DNA of 64,000 nucleotides from Isurus oxyrinchus (taxonomy: Eukaryota). Shown one piece after another: positions 40,316-52,371 of this stretch (its first letter is position 1; each line of letters opens with the position of its first letter). The stretch spans positions 131,626,001-131,690,000 of the forward strand of contig JANJGN010000011.1 of NCBI GenBank assembly GCA_026770705.1, in the 5' to 3' direction. Made by a program: the position numbers and the translations under genes. The notes under the pieces were generated by a model that worked only from the letters and a program-made list of their open reading frames with translations, did no database searches and was not told the DNA's origin.

Positions 40316-41981
40316 TGTTGGATCCTGGTCATCAGTTTGTTGGGACTAATGGATCTGGGTTGCATGCTTATTTTGGGATGGCCGAGTCCGTACAATAGAC
40401 AGAGTAGGTCAGTAGACACTTCTTAAGTGGAACATATTCTGTTTATTTACAAAAGTATTCTGCAGCTACACTTGTGTGCTTACAATTCAAACTCTGTCTC
40501 TACACTACACACTCTTACTATAGACTACTGGCTGTATGATCAATGCAGTTGGTAAAATGGAGTTATTTAAAATTCCCAGAGGGAAACTTTAAACAACTGT
40601 CATAAGCTATAATTTTAAGTGTTATGTTTGAGATGCGACTTTAAATTCAGGAATCAGACCACCAATTCTCGAAGCTTTACATTAAACTAATTGAAACATT
40701 TTATTAATTTACACAGGTTAAAATATATACACATAGCTACAAATTACTACTATCACAACTTCACAAACTAATCTCCATTAAGGCAATAGCAACCCACAGG
40801 GCTGAATCTTCTGGCTGGCGTGCGGGTGGCGGAGTCCGCACACCAGCGCTTAAGATGTCGCGTGCTGACGTCACGTGAGCATCCCGATATCAGCATACGG
40901 CTTCGTGGTATTTCGGTCAGCGGGCGCGCTATGCAGCAGGACGCGCGCCTGCCATTAATTGAAGGCCTTGTTAAGGCCATTAACTCTCCAGTCGACCAGG
41001 ATTTTGAGGGACCCGTGCAAACTTCGGCTCGGCGCATGGGCCCAACGGGCAGGCGAGTAAGTGATTCTTTTAAAAACCTCATCCAGTGGGATGAGGTTTG
41101 ATATCAGATTTAAAAACGTTTAATAAATGCTTTGTGTACTTCATTAACATGTCCCATCTCGTGTGACATTTCACATGAGGGGGACATGTTAATGAATTTT
41201 TTATTGTTCTATTTTTAAAGTTTCACTGCCTTTCAGCGATCTCCCTGAGGCAGCACTTAGTCGGGCGGCATGCTGGGCGGGCCTTAATTATCCCCCCCAC
41301 TTAAAATGGCGGCGGGGCCCATTTCAGCGGCGGTGATTGGTTGCCCGCTTGCCGCCGAGTCGGCCGGGCCCACCCGCCCATCAAAGGCAAAATTCTGTCC
41401 ATAGACTTATCCAAACACCAAACAAAGCATCTTCACCTGACAAATTCAAAATGAGGCTCTTTTCTCTGTGGAGCCAGTTGGAGGCTTACAGCTGCCTTTT
41501 GATCTCACATTGCCTCTGCTCTGCACACCCAAAGACTGCTGAAGTTATCCCTACCACCACTGATTAAATTCAAGTTCTCGTCTCACCAGCCTCTTTGAAC
41601 TTCACCTTTTAACAATGAAACTCCTTTAATAGTACCAATTTTATTAGTAATATAAACATATTGCTTGGTAGCTGCTCGAAAGGCGTCAGTGTTCACCCCC
41701 CTTCTTGAATGCTCCATTCAAAAAATGCAAATGCACACTATCTCTCTTACATATCCAAACACTAGTGCACATCAAAGCACCCAGACTCGCTGACTTTAAT
41801 CCAATTAATACACACCTGTAGGCTAAACCTCTATTTTAAAAGAAAAATATTTTCCAAAATATTATATACATTAATAGCTCCATTGAGGTAGCCCACACTG
41901 CTCCTCTATTGGATACTAAGGTCATGTGATCTTGCATTATCACATTCTTTTTAAAGGTATACTACACATCAGATTACCACA
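40316..41981 (-). mobile_element. Solo LTR of the 27863 Gypsy family (40316-40533 + 41886-41981), split by a second LTR-like repeat (~40534-41885)
   Basis: Ends are reverse complements of GGATCCAACA and TGT(A/G)GTAATCTGATGTGTA. Confidence 0.8.
40799..41400. mobile_element. Harbinger-type MITE
   Basis: GGGCTGAATCTT / AAAATTCTGTCC; TSD ACA/ATA. Confidence 0.85.
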
Positions 41982-42189
41982 CATGTACAAGGATACACAG
42001 AGGATTTCATTATTTTAACCTGCAATTCAAACTATTGTGTGGTAGATATTGGGCAGTAATGTGAAATTCCTGATTATAGAACACCTTTTTCACAGCATTC
42101 AAAAGCACCAAACCTGTGAGAATATGTAGTACAAACTTGACATTTATAACACATGTATTGCTCCCTGGAGAAAGTGACCAGTTAAAGAT

Positions 42190-42590
42190 AGAACTTGCAT
42201 TAACATAGCACCTTCCATAACCTCAGAACACCACAAAGTGCTTCCAAGTTAATGAAGTTCTTTTGATGTATAGTTGCGGTTGTAATGTAGGAAATGTGGC
42301 AGCCAATTTTCTCACAAACAGCAATGACCAGTTAATCTGTTTTTCAGTGACATTGGTAAGCCAGGACAATGGGAAAAACAAGCCTGCTCTTTTTCAAAAT
42401 AATGTCAGGGATCTTTAACCTCCACCAGAGACAGCAGTTGGGACCTCAATTTAATTTGTCACCTGAAATGATGATACCTCTGACATTGCAGTATTCCCTA
42501 AATACTGCACTCAAGCCCCTGGGAATGGGTCTAGAATCCAAGACCTGCTGACTCAGAGGCTAAGGTACTACCACTGAGCCATGGCTGACA
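42190..42590 (-). mobile_element. DeuSINE-like SINE
   Basis: Minus-strand head GGCTCAGTGGTAG..GAGTCAG; homologous to 22035 and 27470. Confidence 0.7.
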
Positions 42591-43059
42591 GCTTTATACA
42601 GTATTGAACTGCTGACTGACTGATATTACCAATGTTGACCACTGGCATTTGCTACTCCTGAGGTAAAGGGTTTCAGGGTGGTTGTCACTTGCAATGGCTG
42701 CAGGTCTTTTTGTAAAACATCATATACTCTGTCATTGCCTCCCTTGTGAATTAAATGCTCCTAAGGGATTATTTCTCTGTGGGGCCCAAATAATTCCGAC
42801 ATTGCTATTAAGTTTGCCTAGAAGAGTAATGGTGAATAGGAATGGTGAATGGTGATTAGTAACGATGAATAATCCTTCCGGTATCCAAACATTCTATTTC
42901 CCACTCTAAGTATCACACATATAATTAGATTTCTGATGGGATACCCATTGTGCCAAAGGGATTTGGGAGTACCAAAGTCCTCAGGTCTTTTTGAATGCTC
43001 CTGTCCACAGTGCAGCCTTACTCTAATCGGAAACCTTAACATTTTAATACTTGATTGAA

Positions 43060-43432
43060 ACCTTTAAGATCCTGAGGGGTTTTGACAGGGTGGATGTAGT
43101 GAGGGTGTTTCCTCTTGTGGGAGAATCTAGAACTAGAGATCACTGTTTAACAAAAAAGGGATCACTCATTTAAGACAGAGATGAGGAGAATGTTTTTTCT
43201 CTCAGAGGGTTGTGAGTCTTTGGAACTCTCTTCCTCAAAAGGTGGTGGAAGCAGAGTCTAAATATTTTTCGGGCAGATTTAGATAGATTCTTGATTAACA
43301 AGGGGGTTGAAAGGTTATTGGGGGTAGGCAGGAATATGGGGTTGAGATTACAATCAGATCAGCCATGAATGGTGGAGCAGGCTCGAGGTGCCAAGTGGCC
43401 TACTCCTGCTCTTAATTCGTATGTTCATATGT
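43060..43432 (+). mobile_element. CR1 3' end
   Basis: RT C-terminus (RVVSLWNSLPQKVVEA) and GGCCTACTCCTGCTC tail. Confidence 0.85.
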
Positions 43433-44194
43433 TTTCTCACTTCACTGCCTGCCTCCTTTAAGTACTGTGTTTAAAACGCAGCATTGTAAATGAGCATGTT
43501 GCCATCATGTGACCTGTGACCAGCTAAACTGAAGAAAATGGATCTAAGCTTGAATGACATTAATTCCAGTTCTTTAAAATTGAGTTGTCATGGTTGCCTG
43601 TTTCAACTGCAGTGTCGCATACCCATGCCTGACTCAGAACTCAAAATGCACTTGACATACAACCAGGGATGAGACCAGTCACAAGAGGTCTCTATTCACT
43701 TTCCTCCATGTTTTATCCCAGTAATGGCATGCACAGGATGTAACCCAGAGATCATTAGTGCTCATGTGCCTAAGATATTGTGATCAAAATTTTCATTTAT
43801 ACTTCATTGAATGAACAACAAAATATAACTCTACAATGTTTAATACCTTGTAACTTTGGTTATTGTTCTTAAAGGATACCTCTACTATGCATAAAATTGT
43901 GTTAAAGATGAAAGTGGAGGAATTAATCAGGTTTTGCTTTCAGCATTAACCTTGACGCTGCACAGTTAATACTTGTCTAATCACAATGGTGGAACTGGGA
44001 GGTAAAATTGGTCAGGGGTCCTTATGACCATGAAATAAGCTTGTTACCTGAGTGAGTCATGCCATTCATTGGCATCTCACCTAGTATCATAGAAAGACAC
44101 AGAGTCGTAGAAATTTACAGCACAGACGGAGACCATTCAGCCCAATGTGTCGCCACGGGCTGACAAGCAGCCATCTAATCTTATCCCATTTTAT

Positions 44195-44776
44195 GGGCAG
44201 GATTTTGCCCTTGGAGGGAGTGCTCAGCGGGGGCGGTTGGGAAGCCGATTGCCGCCCACGATCGGCACCACACCGCGATTTCACGCTGGTGGGCCAATTA
44301 AGGCCCACTCAGTGTGGAATGCAAGTGGCAGCGCTCATTGCTGCCTGTGCGGGGAGGGGGAGGAGGGCGAGCGGGCTTAGCTGCCTCAGGGAGATGATGC
44401 GCGGTTAAAAAAAAAGGAAACAAAATTGCCATAAAATATATCCCCTCATGTGACTCTGTCACATGACCTGGGATACATTTTTAATTCAAAAATAACATTT
44501 TTATTTGTTGTTTATTTGCTTTGGGAAACCTCGTTCCATCCCATTTGGCCTTTTCGCCTGCCTGTCAACCATTAAGTTGGACGGGCAGCATAAATTTGAA
44601 TTTAATTAGCTTCTTAATGGCCTTAATAGGTCTTTTAATTACCGGCATGTGCCCGCTGGATGAAATATCGCGAGACTGCGCGATGACATCAGGATGCTCG
44701 CCCGACATCATCGCGCATCATTTTACACTTGAGCATGTTGGCCGCGTGCCCGCAGGCCGAGTGTAATATTCTGCCC
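44195..44776. mobile_element. Harbinger-type MITE
   Basis: GGGCAGGATTTT / AATATTCTGCCC; TSD TAT/TAT. Confidence 0.88.
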
Positions 44777-45169
44777 TATATATCTTAGCCTGTAACTTTG
44801 TACGTGATAGCATTTCAACTGCATTTCCAAGTAATGTTTAAACATTATGGGTCATAACTCCTGAGCTCTGGGACAGTGTATCTCGGGGGGGGTGGGGGGG
44901 GGCGGGGAGCGGGTGGAGTACCCCAAAGATGCACTGAGGAATACCCCCGACCACCAACCACCCTCCCACCCCTCCCTTGCAGGTCCTGGAAGTTCCCAGG
45001 TAAGAATTGCATGGTAATTACCCAGGAAGTTCAGACTTCTGATGTGTAATTGCCTTGCACTGCACCATTTAAGTCGCAAACTTTGGATGATTCCGGCTGT
45101 CTTATAGAAATAGTTACCTAGAAAAGATAAGAAGAATTAAAACCACTTCTAGCTTCTGAGTAGCTGTAG

Positions 45170-46110
45170 CACTGACCCACCCCATCACCTCCCGCACTCC
45201 CTGACCCCCCACAGACCACCAGACTCTCCCCACTACCCTCTCCACTAGCCCCCCCCACCCTTCGCTCTCCCAGGTACCCTCCTGACTTCCCCCGAGCCCC
45301 CGCAGGACCCACTGACTAAGCCCCCAAAGCCCCGACTGCCCTCTGCACCACCCTGACTACATCCCCAGGCCCCAGCCTGCCTCTCCACTCCCTGACTGCC
45401 CTCCCTAACCACTGACAACGCCCCAATCCTTTGACTGCCTCCCCGCTCTCTGACTGTCCTTCCTACCCATGACTAACCCCCAGCCCCCCGACTGCCTCCT
45501 TGCTCCCTGACTGTCCTTCCTACCCCTGACTAACCCCCAGCCCCCTGACTGCCTCCCCACTCTCCGACTGCTCTCCGCACTTCCTGACTACACCCCCAGC
45601 CTCTCAATTGCCTTCCCTACTACCTGACTATGCCCCCCCAGCCACTTGACCGCCTTTCTCAATCCCCAACTGCCCTCCCCATCCCGACTACATGCGCAGG
45701 CCCCTGACTGCCTCTCTGGTCCCTGACTGCCCTCCCTACCCCCCAGCTACACCCCCAGCCCCCCGACTGCCATCCCCAACCCATTCAAAACTACACCCAT
45801 AGCCCTCCCAACTGTTTGCCCATCCCTCCCCGACTGCCCTCCCCATGCCCCCTAGCTACACCCCCAATTCCCTGACTTCCTTCCCCACTCCCTGACCATA
45901 CCCCAGCCCCCCAATTGCCTCTGCACCCACCTAACCGCCCTCCCAAACTCCTCACTGCCCCCTCACTTCCCTACCTTTCCTCCCCACCCCCCGACTACAC
46001 CCCCACACCCCAACTACAACATCGCCCAAACTGCCCTGCCCCCCCAGACTACACCAAAACCCTTGACTGCCCTCCCCACCACCTGACTGCTGACCCCACT
46101 TCTCCTGCCT
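45170..46110. repeat. C-rich degenerate minisatellite
   Basis: Recurrent CCC(C/T)GACTGCC and CTACACCCCCAGCCCC units, ~19-20 bp. Confidence 0.85.
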
Positions 46111-46114
46111 TGCT

Positions 46115-46890
46115 CACCTTTGTAGATTTCCTCTGTACCCTCTCTAATACAATTACATCTTTCTTATTGTCTGGTGACTGGAACTGCATGAAGTACTCCA
46201 ACTGTGGCCCAACTCGGGTCTTATGCAGTTCCCAGCTCTTATATTCTGTACCTTAGCTCACAAAGGCAAGTATTGTGTATGCCTTCTTAACCACCAGATC
46301 TATCTGTCCAGTCTTCAAGGATCTGTGGGCATGGACTCTAAGGTTTTTCTACATTTCTATCCTATCATTTATTGCATTTTCCTTGCCTCGTTAACTTTCC
46401 ACAAATGCATTACCTTATTCTTCAACAGATTAAACTCCCTTTACCACTGTTCAGCCTACCTGGCTAGTCCTTTGAGATCTTGCAGCAGTCCACAGCTTTC
46501 TTCCTTGTTATCAAATAAATGGCCAATATTTGTATCATCTGCAAACTTCCAAATCATACCCACTACATTCAAGCCCAAGCTACTGATATACAACTCAAAA
46601 CATAAAGGACCTGTCACTGAGCCCAACAGAACCCCACTGTAAAGAACTTTCCAGTCACAAGAACCACAATTAACCATTATCCTGTGCTTCTTGCCTCTGA
46701 GCCAATTTTGGATCCAACTTATGACTTTTCCGTAGATGCCATGGCTTTTTACGTTCATGACCAGGCCCATGTAGGACCTTATCCAGAGCCCTGCTAAAAT
46801 TCATGTGCACTACATCAAATGCACTACCCTCGTCAGCCCTCCTTGTTATCTGCTCCAAAAAATTCCTTCATGTTAGTCAGACATGACCTA
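46115..46890 (-). mobile_element. CR1 RT fragment
   Basis: WIQNWLRGKKHR..SGV..GSV.GP..KFADDT. Confidence 0.88.
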
Positions 46891-46999
46891 CCTAAAAAAG
46901 CAATGTGAATGTTCAGCATTCATGAAGCAATTTTAACGCAACCAGCACTTCTTAAGGGAGAGGTGTTCTTTGGCTGCACACAATTGGAAGGCAACTTCT

Positions 47000-48420
47000 C
47001 AACATGGTAGCTAAAGGTTAAGTTTTAAGAATCCTCCCCACCCAGTCCTCAATTCTTGGATGCAGCATTGGATGTCATGGTGATGGAAGTCAGCAAGAGG
47101 AGAGACACCTTCTTCCTACCCAGCTGGGAGGGAGGTATACCAAAAAGATGCTCAGCAGCTGTTGACACACGTGGCAGGGTGGGTCGGTGCCAAAGGCATC
47201 GCTCCTCAGACCTGGTTGCAACTCAGGTAAAGTTTAATGATCTGGTTTGATTGCTTAGATAAGACCTCTATTCGTCGTTTCATTTTACTCTTTGTATAGT
47301 CTTAGGCCTGAATTTTCTGGTTGTTGGGCACACGCGATCGGCTATCCAGGAGTGGACGGGAAATGGGCCATCGGCCGTGATTGGCCCCCGACCGTGATTT
47401 CACGCTGGCTGGCCAATTAATGCTCAGTGCTGCCGGGATGGGGGTGGGAAGTACCAACATAACCGAGGCTGTGGGTAAGCGCTTTGAGAGAGCTCCCTAA
47501 AGGCAGACAGCTGCCCCAGGGAGCTGCAGACCTCCACAAACTAAAGGACATGACAAAAATACTACAAAATATGTCCATGAAGCACAATCAAGCACCTGAA
47601 AGCATACCTCAATACAAAACCACTCCCCAGGTAGCACTTTTTATTTTATTTGCCCACAGAGATTCCATCCCGCCCTGGATCGAGGTTTGAGCAAAAATAC
47701 GAACGCCTGGGAGAATGGCCCATCCACCAATCGTAAATGTGGACAGGCCATGTAAGATCGCTGTTGATGGTATCATTAATGGGCTTAATTGCCCACTTAA
47801 TTGTCCGGCTGCCATGCGTGCCCATGTGGAATATTACGCAAGTACACAATTACATCAGGACGCTCACCTGATGTCATCTCGTGCTATTTCATGTTTGTTC
47901 AGTCAGGCCACGCCCGCCTGCAGGACGTAAAATTTTGACTCTAGACTAGTTGAAGCACAAGCAAGGAGATGAGGACAGGAAGAGGGAAGCACCCAACCTT
48001 TTATGTCCTAGGTTTTTGTGACAGGTGATCGTGGGACAATTTATATATTGGGGGAAGTGTTTGCTTAAGAGATTCTCTCCTCTAATTTTTTAGCCCGGCA
48101 CTCCTGGGAAGTGGCAGCACTGTTCTTAGTTTTCCTCATCATCCTTTCCTTTCTCATCTCCTTATTTATCTTCCTCCTCCACTTTATTCTATTGTGGGGC
48201 TACATTGTTTGGCGATTCTGAATGGCATAATCTTGCTGCATGCAGCAAATCATGAGAAATGTGGAGACTCACTCAGGGCTCTACTATAGGACTCCAGGTG
48301 CAGGAATCTTTGCTTGAAGATGCTTATAGTTTGCTCAGTGCATACTCCGGATTTTGTGCGGCTCTTATTGTGACATTGACACCTGTCCCGGTGCTCAGCA
48401 GCCAGTGAAATGACAGAATA
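47000..48420. mobile_element. Relic autonomous-type Harbinger: Myb/SANT fragment (+, ~47030-47250) and HARBI1-like transposase C-terminus (-, ~48210-48400)
   Basis: DAALDVMVMEVSKRRD...KFNDL on plus; HNKS....TEQTISIFKQRFLHLE...AL..SP then ICCM on minus. Confidence 0.65.
47305..47941. mobile_element. Harbinger-type MITE
   Basis: GGCCTGAATTTT / AAAATTTTGACTC; body homologous to the other MITEs. Confidence 0.8.
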
Positions 48421-49654
48421 CAGTTGAAGCCAAAACACAGCTCTCCAACAGCTATTTAATATGAAATCATAGAATAGTGTGGTACAGAAGGAGGCCATTC
48501 ATAGAATAGTGTGGTACAGAAGGAGGCCATTCAACTCATCAAGTCAGCAATGGCTCTTTCAAAGAGAAATTGTGTCAGCCCACACCCCTGCTCTTTCCTC
48601 ATATCACTGCTGCAGTATAAAGGTTTGGCATAGAAAAGGTTAACGTGGAACTGGCTACAGTACCGCCCACAGTGTGAAGTAAAGGAGCACATGACCCAAG
48701 ACTAGAGGGCAGTCTGGACGGGACAGAGATGTGTGTAGAGTCAAGCGTGGAGACAGCTCTTAGTTTAGACCTTATGTTGTATACATGTACATAGTTTTGA
48801 ATAATTAATAAGCACTTACTGTTAAACTATTATAGACTCAGAACCTCTTTGTGAGACCTACCAAACCATGTACAACATCTTACAACATGGTGACAGGTAT
48901 TGGAAAAATCTGAGCCTCATAGAAGCTGGAGAAGGGATTTAAAACCTGGAAGATTGAAAAGAGCAGCATTCTGACCTGACTGAAAGCACAGAAGCAACAA
49001 CAGAGAGAGAGATCGCTTGAGAGAATCTCTGAAGCAGGACTGGAAGCAGAAGGCTGAAATAAAGCTCCACACTGCAGCAGGAGATTCCAATGAATCCCTT
49101 GTAAGCCCAGCTTCAATGCCCAAAGAGTGCAGAGTCAGAAAACCTAGCAGGGGTGAGTTAAAAAAAAACTTAAGTTCTTGTCCAGAACAAGTTAAGAAAG
49201 CGTTTAAGTCAGTTTTAAACTGCACCATGAACAGCCTGAGTCCCACGTCAGCATCTGACCACATGACAGCCAAGTTCAGTCCGAGCAGAAAAAAAATGAA
49301 ATCAAATTTAAAAATAATCAGCTTGTTAGACCCCAGCAAAAGCCAGGAACCAACAGTTTCATGACCCGAAAATATTTAAATAATGTGGAGAAGACTCAGA
49401 AAGGTTGATTCGGGGAGCTGCTGCTGAAAACTTTAAAAGACAGAAATCATGATCGACATTGCTACAGGAGCTTGGCAAAATTGACAAGTGCGGGGAACTT
49501 TGTTGAGAAGAATTGTATTGCAGCACCACCCTGGATTTCCTTACATCATTTAAAGCTAAAAGCACTTTTAATTTTAAATAGCCATGGAACAAAAATCTAC
49601 CTTATCAGATCAGCTTTGACTCATCCAAGGCCCAGGTCAATCACAAAATTGGGG

Positions 49655-50605
49655 ACAAAAACAGAAACTGGAAAAACTCAGCAGCTCCTGACAGCATCTG
49701 CGGAGAGAGAAACAGAGTTAACATTTTGAGTCCGTATGACTCTTCTTCAGAGCTACAGCGTAGAAATGTGATGGATTGTATACTGTTTAAGGGGGGGTGG
49801 AGCAGGTGAAGCTGGATAAAAGGTCGGCAATAGGTGGGAGCTCAAGAGAGATTGACAAAGATGTCATGGACACAAGACAAAGAGGGTGTTAATGGTAGGG
49901 CTAAAGAAGGTGCTGATGTGACATAAAGATAAGAAAGCAGAATGTGCAAATAGCAGAACAAGGGTAAGCACTCTGTGAAAGAACAACATGGAACAAGTCA
50001 TAGGTGACCCCTTTGGGGGTGGGGTGGGGTGGGGGGATGTGGCGGTGGTTGGGGAAAAAAGATAGAAAATGGATAAAAAAGGGATAAAAAGGTGTTAAAA
50101 CAATGAATAAAATAAGTAAATAAACAATAAAAATAAATTTTTAAAAAGGAATCAAAAAAGGGGTGAAGATAGAGGAGACAGTTTATGGTCTGAAGTTGTT
50201 GAACTCAATGTTAAGTCCAGAAGGCTGAATCGGAAGAGTGCTGTTCCTCCAGTTTGCATTGAGCTTCACTGGAACAATGCAGCAGGCCAAGGACGGACAT
50301 GTGGGCATGAGAGCAGGGTGGAGTGTTGAAATGGCAAGCGATAGGGAGGTCTGGGTCATGCTTGCAGACAGACCGAAGGTGTTCCACAAAGCAGTCATCC
50401 AGCCTGCATTTGGTCTCCCCAATGTAGAGGAGACCACATTGAGAGCAGCAAAAGCAGTAGACCAAACTGAAAGAGATGCAAGTTAAGTGCTGCTTCGCCT
50501 GAAAGGAGTGTTTGGGGTCTTGGACGGTGAGGAGGGGGGAAGTAAAGGGGCAGCTTTTGCACCTTCTGCAATTGCATAGGAAGGTGCCGCGGGGAAAGGT
50601 GCCAT
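49655..50605 (-). mobile_element. Older Penelope-like element 3' part
   Basis: CNCRRCKSC..LVYCFCCSQCGLLYIGETK..EHL..HFN. Confidence 0.9.
49715..49753 (-). ncRNA. Decayed minimal hammerhead ribozyme
   Basis: CTGAAGA-A-GAGTC-ATACG-GACTC-AAAAT-GTTA; canonical CUGANGA, with GAAAC mutated at CpGs. Confidence 0.65.
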
Positions 50606-52371
50606 GGGCCAAGCGACTCCACAAACATGATCAATGTCTGGCAGTCTCAGCACAGTGCAGCAGGAGACTCCAATGAATCCTGTGTAAGCCCAGCTTCAAT
50701 GCCTGAAGAGTGCAGAGTCAGAAAACCTAGCAGAGGTGAGTTAAAAAAAAACTTAAGTTCTTGGCCAGAACAAGTTAAGAAAGCGTTTTAAGTCAGTTTT
50801 AAACTGCACCATAAACAGCCTGAGTCCCACGCCAGCATCTGACCACATGATAGCCAAGCTCAGTCCAAGCAGAAAAAAAATGAAATCAAATTTAACAATA
50901 ATCAGCAAAGGCCAGGAACCAACAGTTTCATGTCCCGAAAATACTTAAAAATGTGGAGCAGACTCAGGTTGATTCGGGGAGCTGCAACTGCATAGGATAG
51001 TTCAGAAAATTATGCAAAGCTAAACCAACCAAATGATCCATGAGATTTAGGTACCACTCTAAGTGGAAACACAACCATGCTTCTTAGGTGAGGTCAAAGA
51101 TTAGGGATTTTTGTTTTGGAACATAGACATCTCAGCTGATGGTCATCTCACAAACTTTAAATTGGACAGGGGGGCCAGTGTTACAGTTCTCTCAGACAAG
51201 GAACAATGGCTGGTGAGCCAATGGTTGATGCCACCCTCAACACAGCTGTACGGAGTAGGCAGCATCAAACTCCTGGTTAAAAGTACTCTGCAGGCGATGC
51301 TCAGGTACGAAGGCAAAAGAATATGAGAGATCCAATAATGTTACTTTTAAGCCGAAAAGCCTGTGTTGACATTGACCTCCTACAGAAAACTGACGAGGTC
51401 AATCAGCAAAGGCCTGGTTCCAAATTTAAAAACGAGATCCCTAAGCTCCTTACTGGGTGACTGAGGACTGCATACAGGATTACCCTGAGGGAGGATGCTA
51501 AGCCTGTGTGCCTGTTCATGCCACGAGAAATACCCCCTTCACTCATGAAACAAGTGCAGCAACAACTGGACGAGATGATAAAAATGGGTCATCTTCCACG
51601 TCACTCAGCCAACTGAATGGTATTCCAGGATGGTCCCAGTCCCAAAACCGAATGGTCCATCTCTAGCTGGTCAAATTGACACAGTTCAATAAAGCCGTGG
51701 CAAAAGAAGTCCATCCTATGTCCTTGGTGGTCAACAACCTGACCAAACTCTCTAAAAGCACAGTGTTTTCAAATCTTGATGCTAACAGTGGCTGTTGGCA
51801 AGTTCCACTAGAACTGAAGTCCAGAATGCTGAAGACTGTCATTACCCACTTTGGCAGATTCTGCTTCAACCGCTTATTGTTTGGAATTACCTCCGCATTG
51901 GAAATATTTCGATGCATGATGTCAGCCATTTTACAAGGCCTAGAGGATGTCATCTGCCAAATGGACAATGTTTTGGTCCACAGCACGACAGTGGAAGAAC
52001 ACGACAAAGGCTCACGGTGGTCCTAGAACACTCGTAGGAAGTAGGGCTGACACTGAAAAGAAATGTGAATTCTCCAAGACCTCTATTCATTTCATAGGAC
52101 ACATCTTCAGCAACAAGGGCATCGTGGCGGACCCACAGAAAACAAAAGCTATCAGCAAGTTTCCAACCACATCTTCGATTCCGGACCTCCAGAGATTCCT
52201 GCATATGGTGAACCAGCTGGCAAAATTTTTACCCAATCTGGCACAGGTGTATATGACAATTGTATATGACAAACACAGAAGCAATGGTAAGAGCATTAAA
52301 GGAGATGTTCATGAGCCATCTGGATTAGTAATTCAGAGGCCCAGGTTAATACTCTGGGTTAATACTCTTGG

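Larger units (their letters stand above)
48611..52250 (+). mobile_element. 3'-truncated Gypsy element (5' LTR 48611-48887, gag, PR, RT)
   Basis: TG..TACAACA then PBS TGGTGAC; FKLDRGASVT, LDANSGCWQ, ICQMDNVL, LQRFLHMVNQL. Confidence 0.88.

Noticed and set aside
43498-43600. RFX X-box-like motifs (GTTGCCAT.., GTTGTCATGGTTGC)
   Set aside because: Imperfect matches with no supporting promoter context.
45915-46256. Proline-rich 113-aa ORF
   Set aside because: By-product of the C-rich minisatellite running into a CR1 fragment.
48467-48530. Perfect 32-bp tandem repeat, CRISPR-like in length
   Set aside because: Only two adjacent units with no spacer, at a CR1 3' end in a eukaryote.
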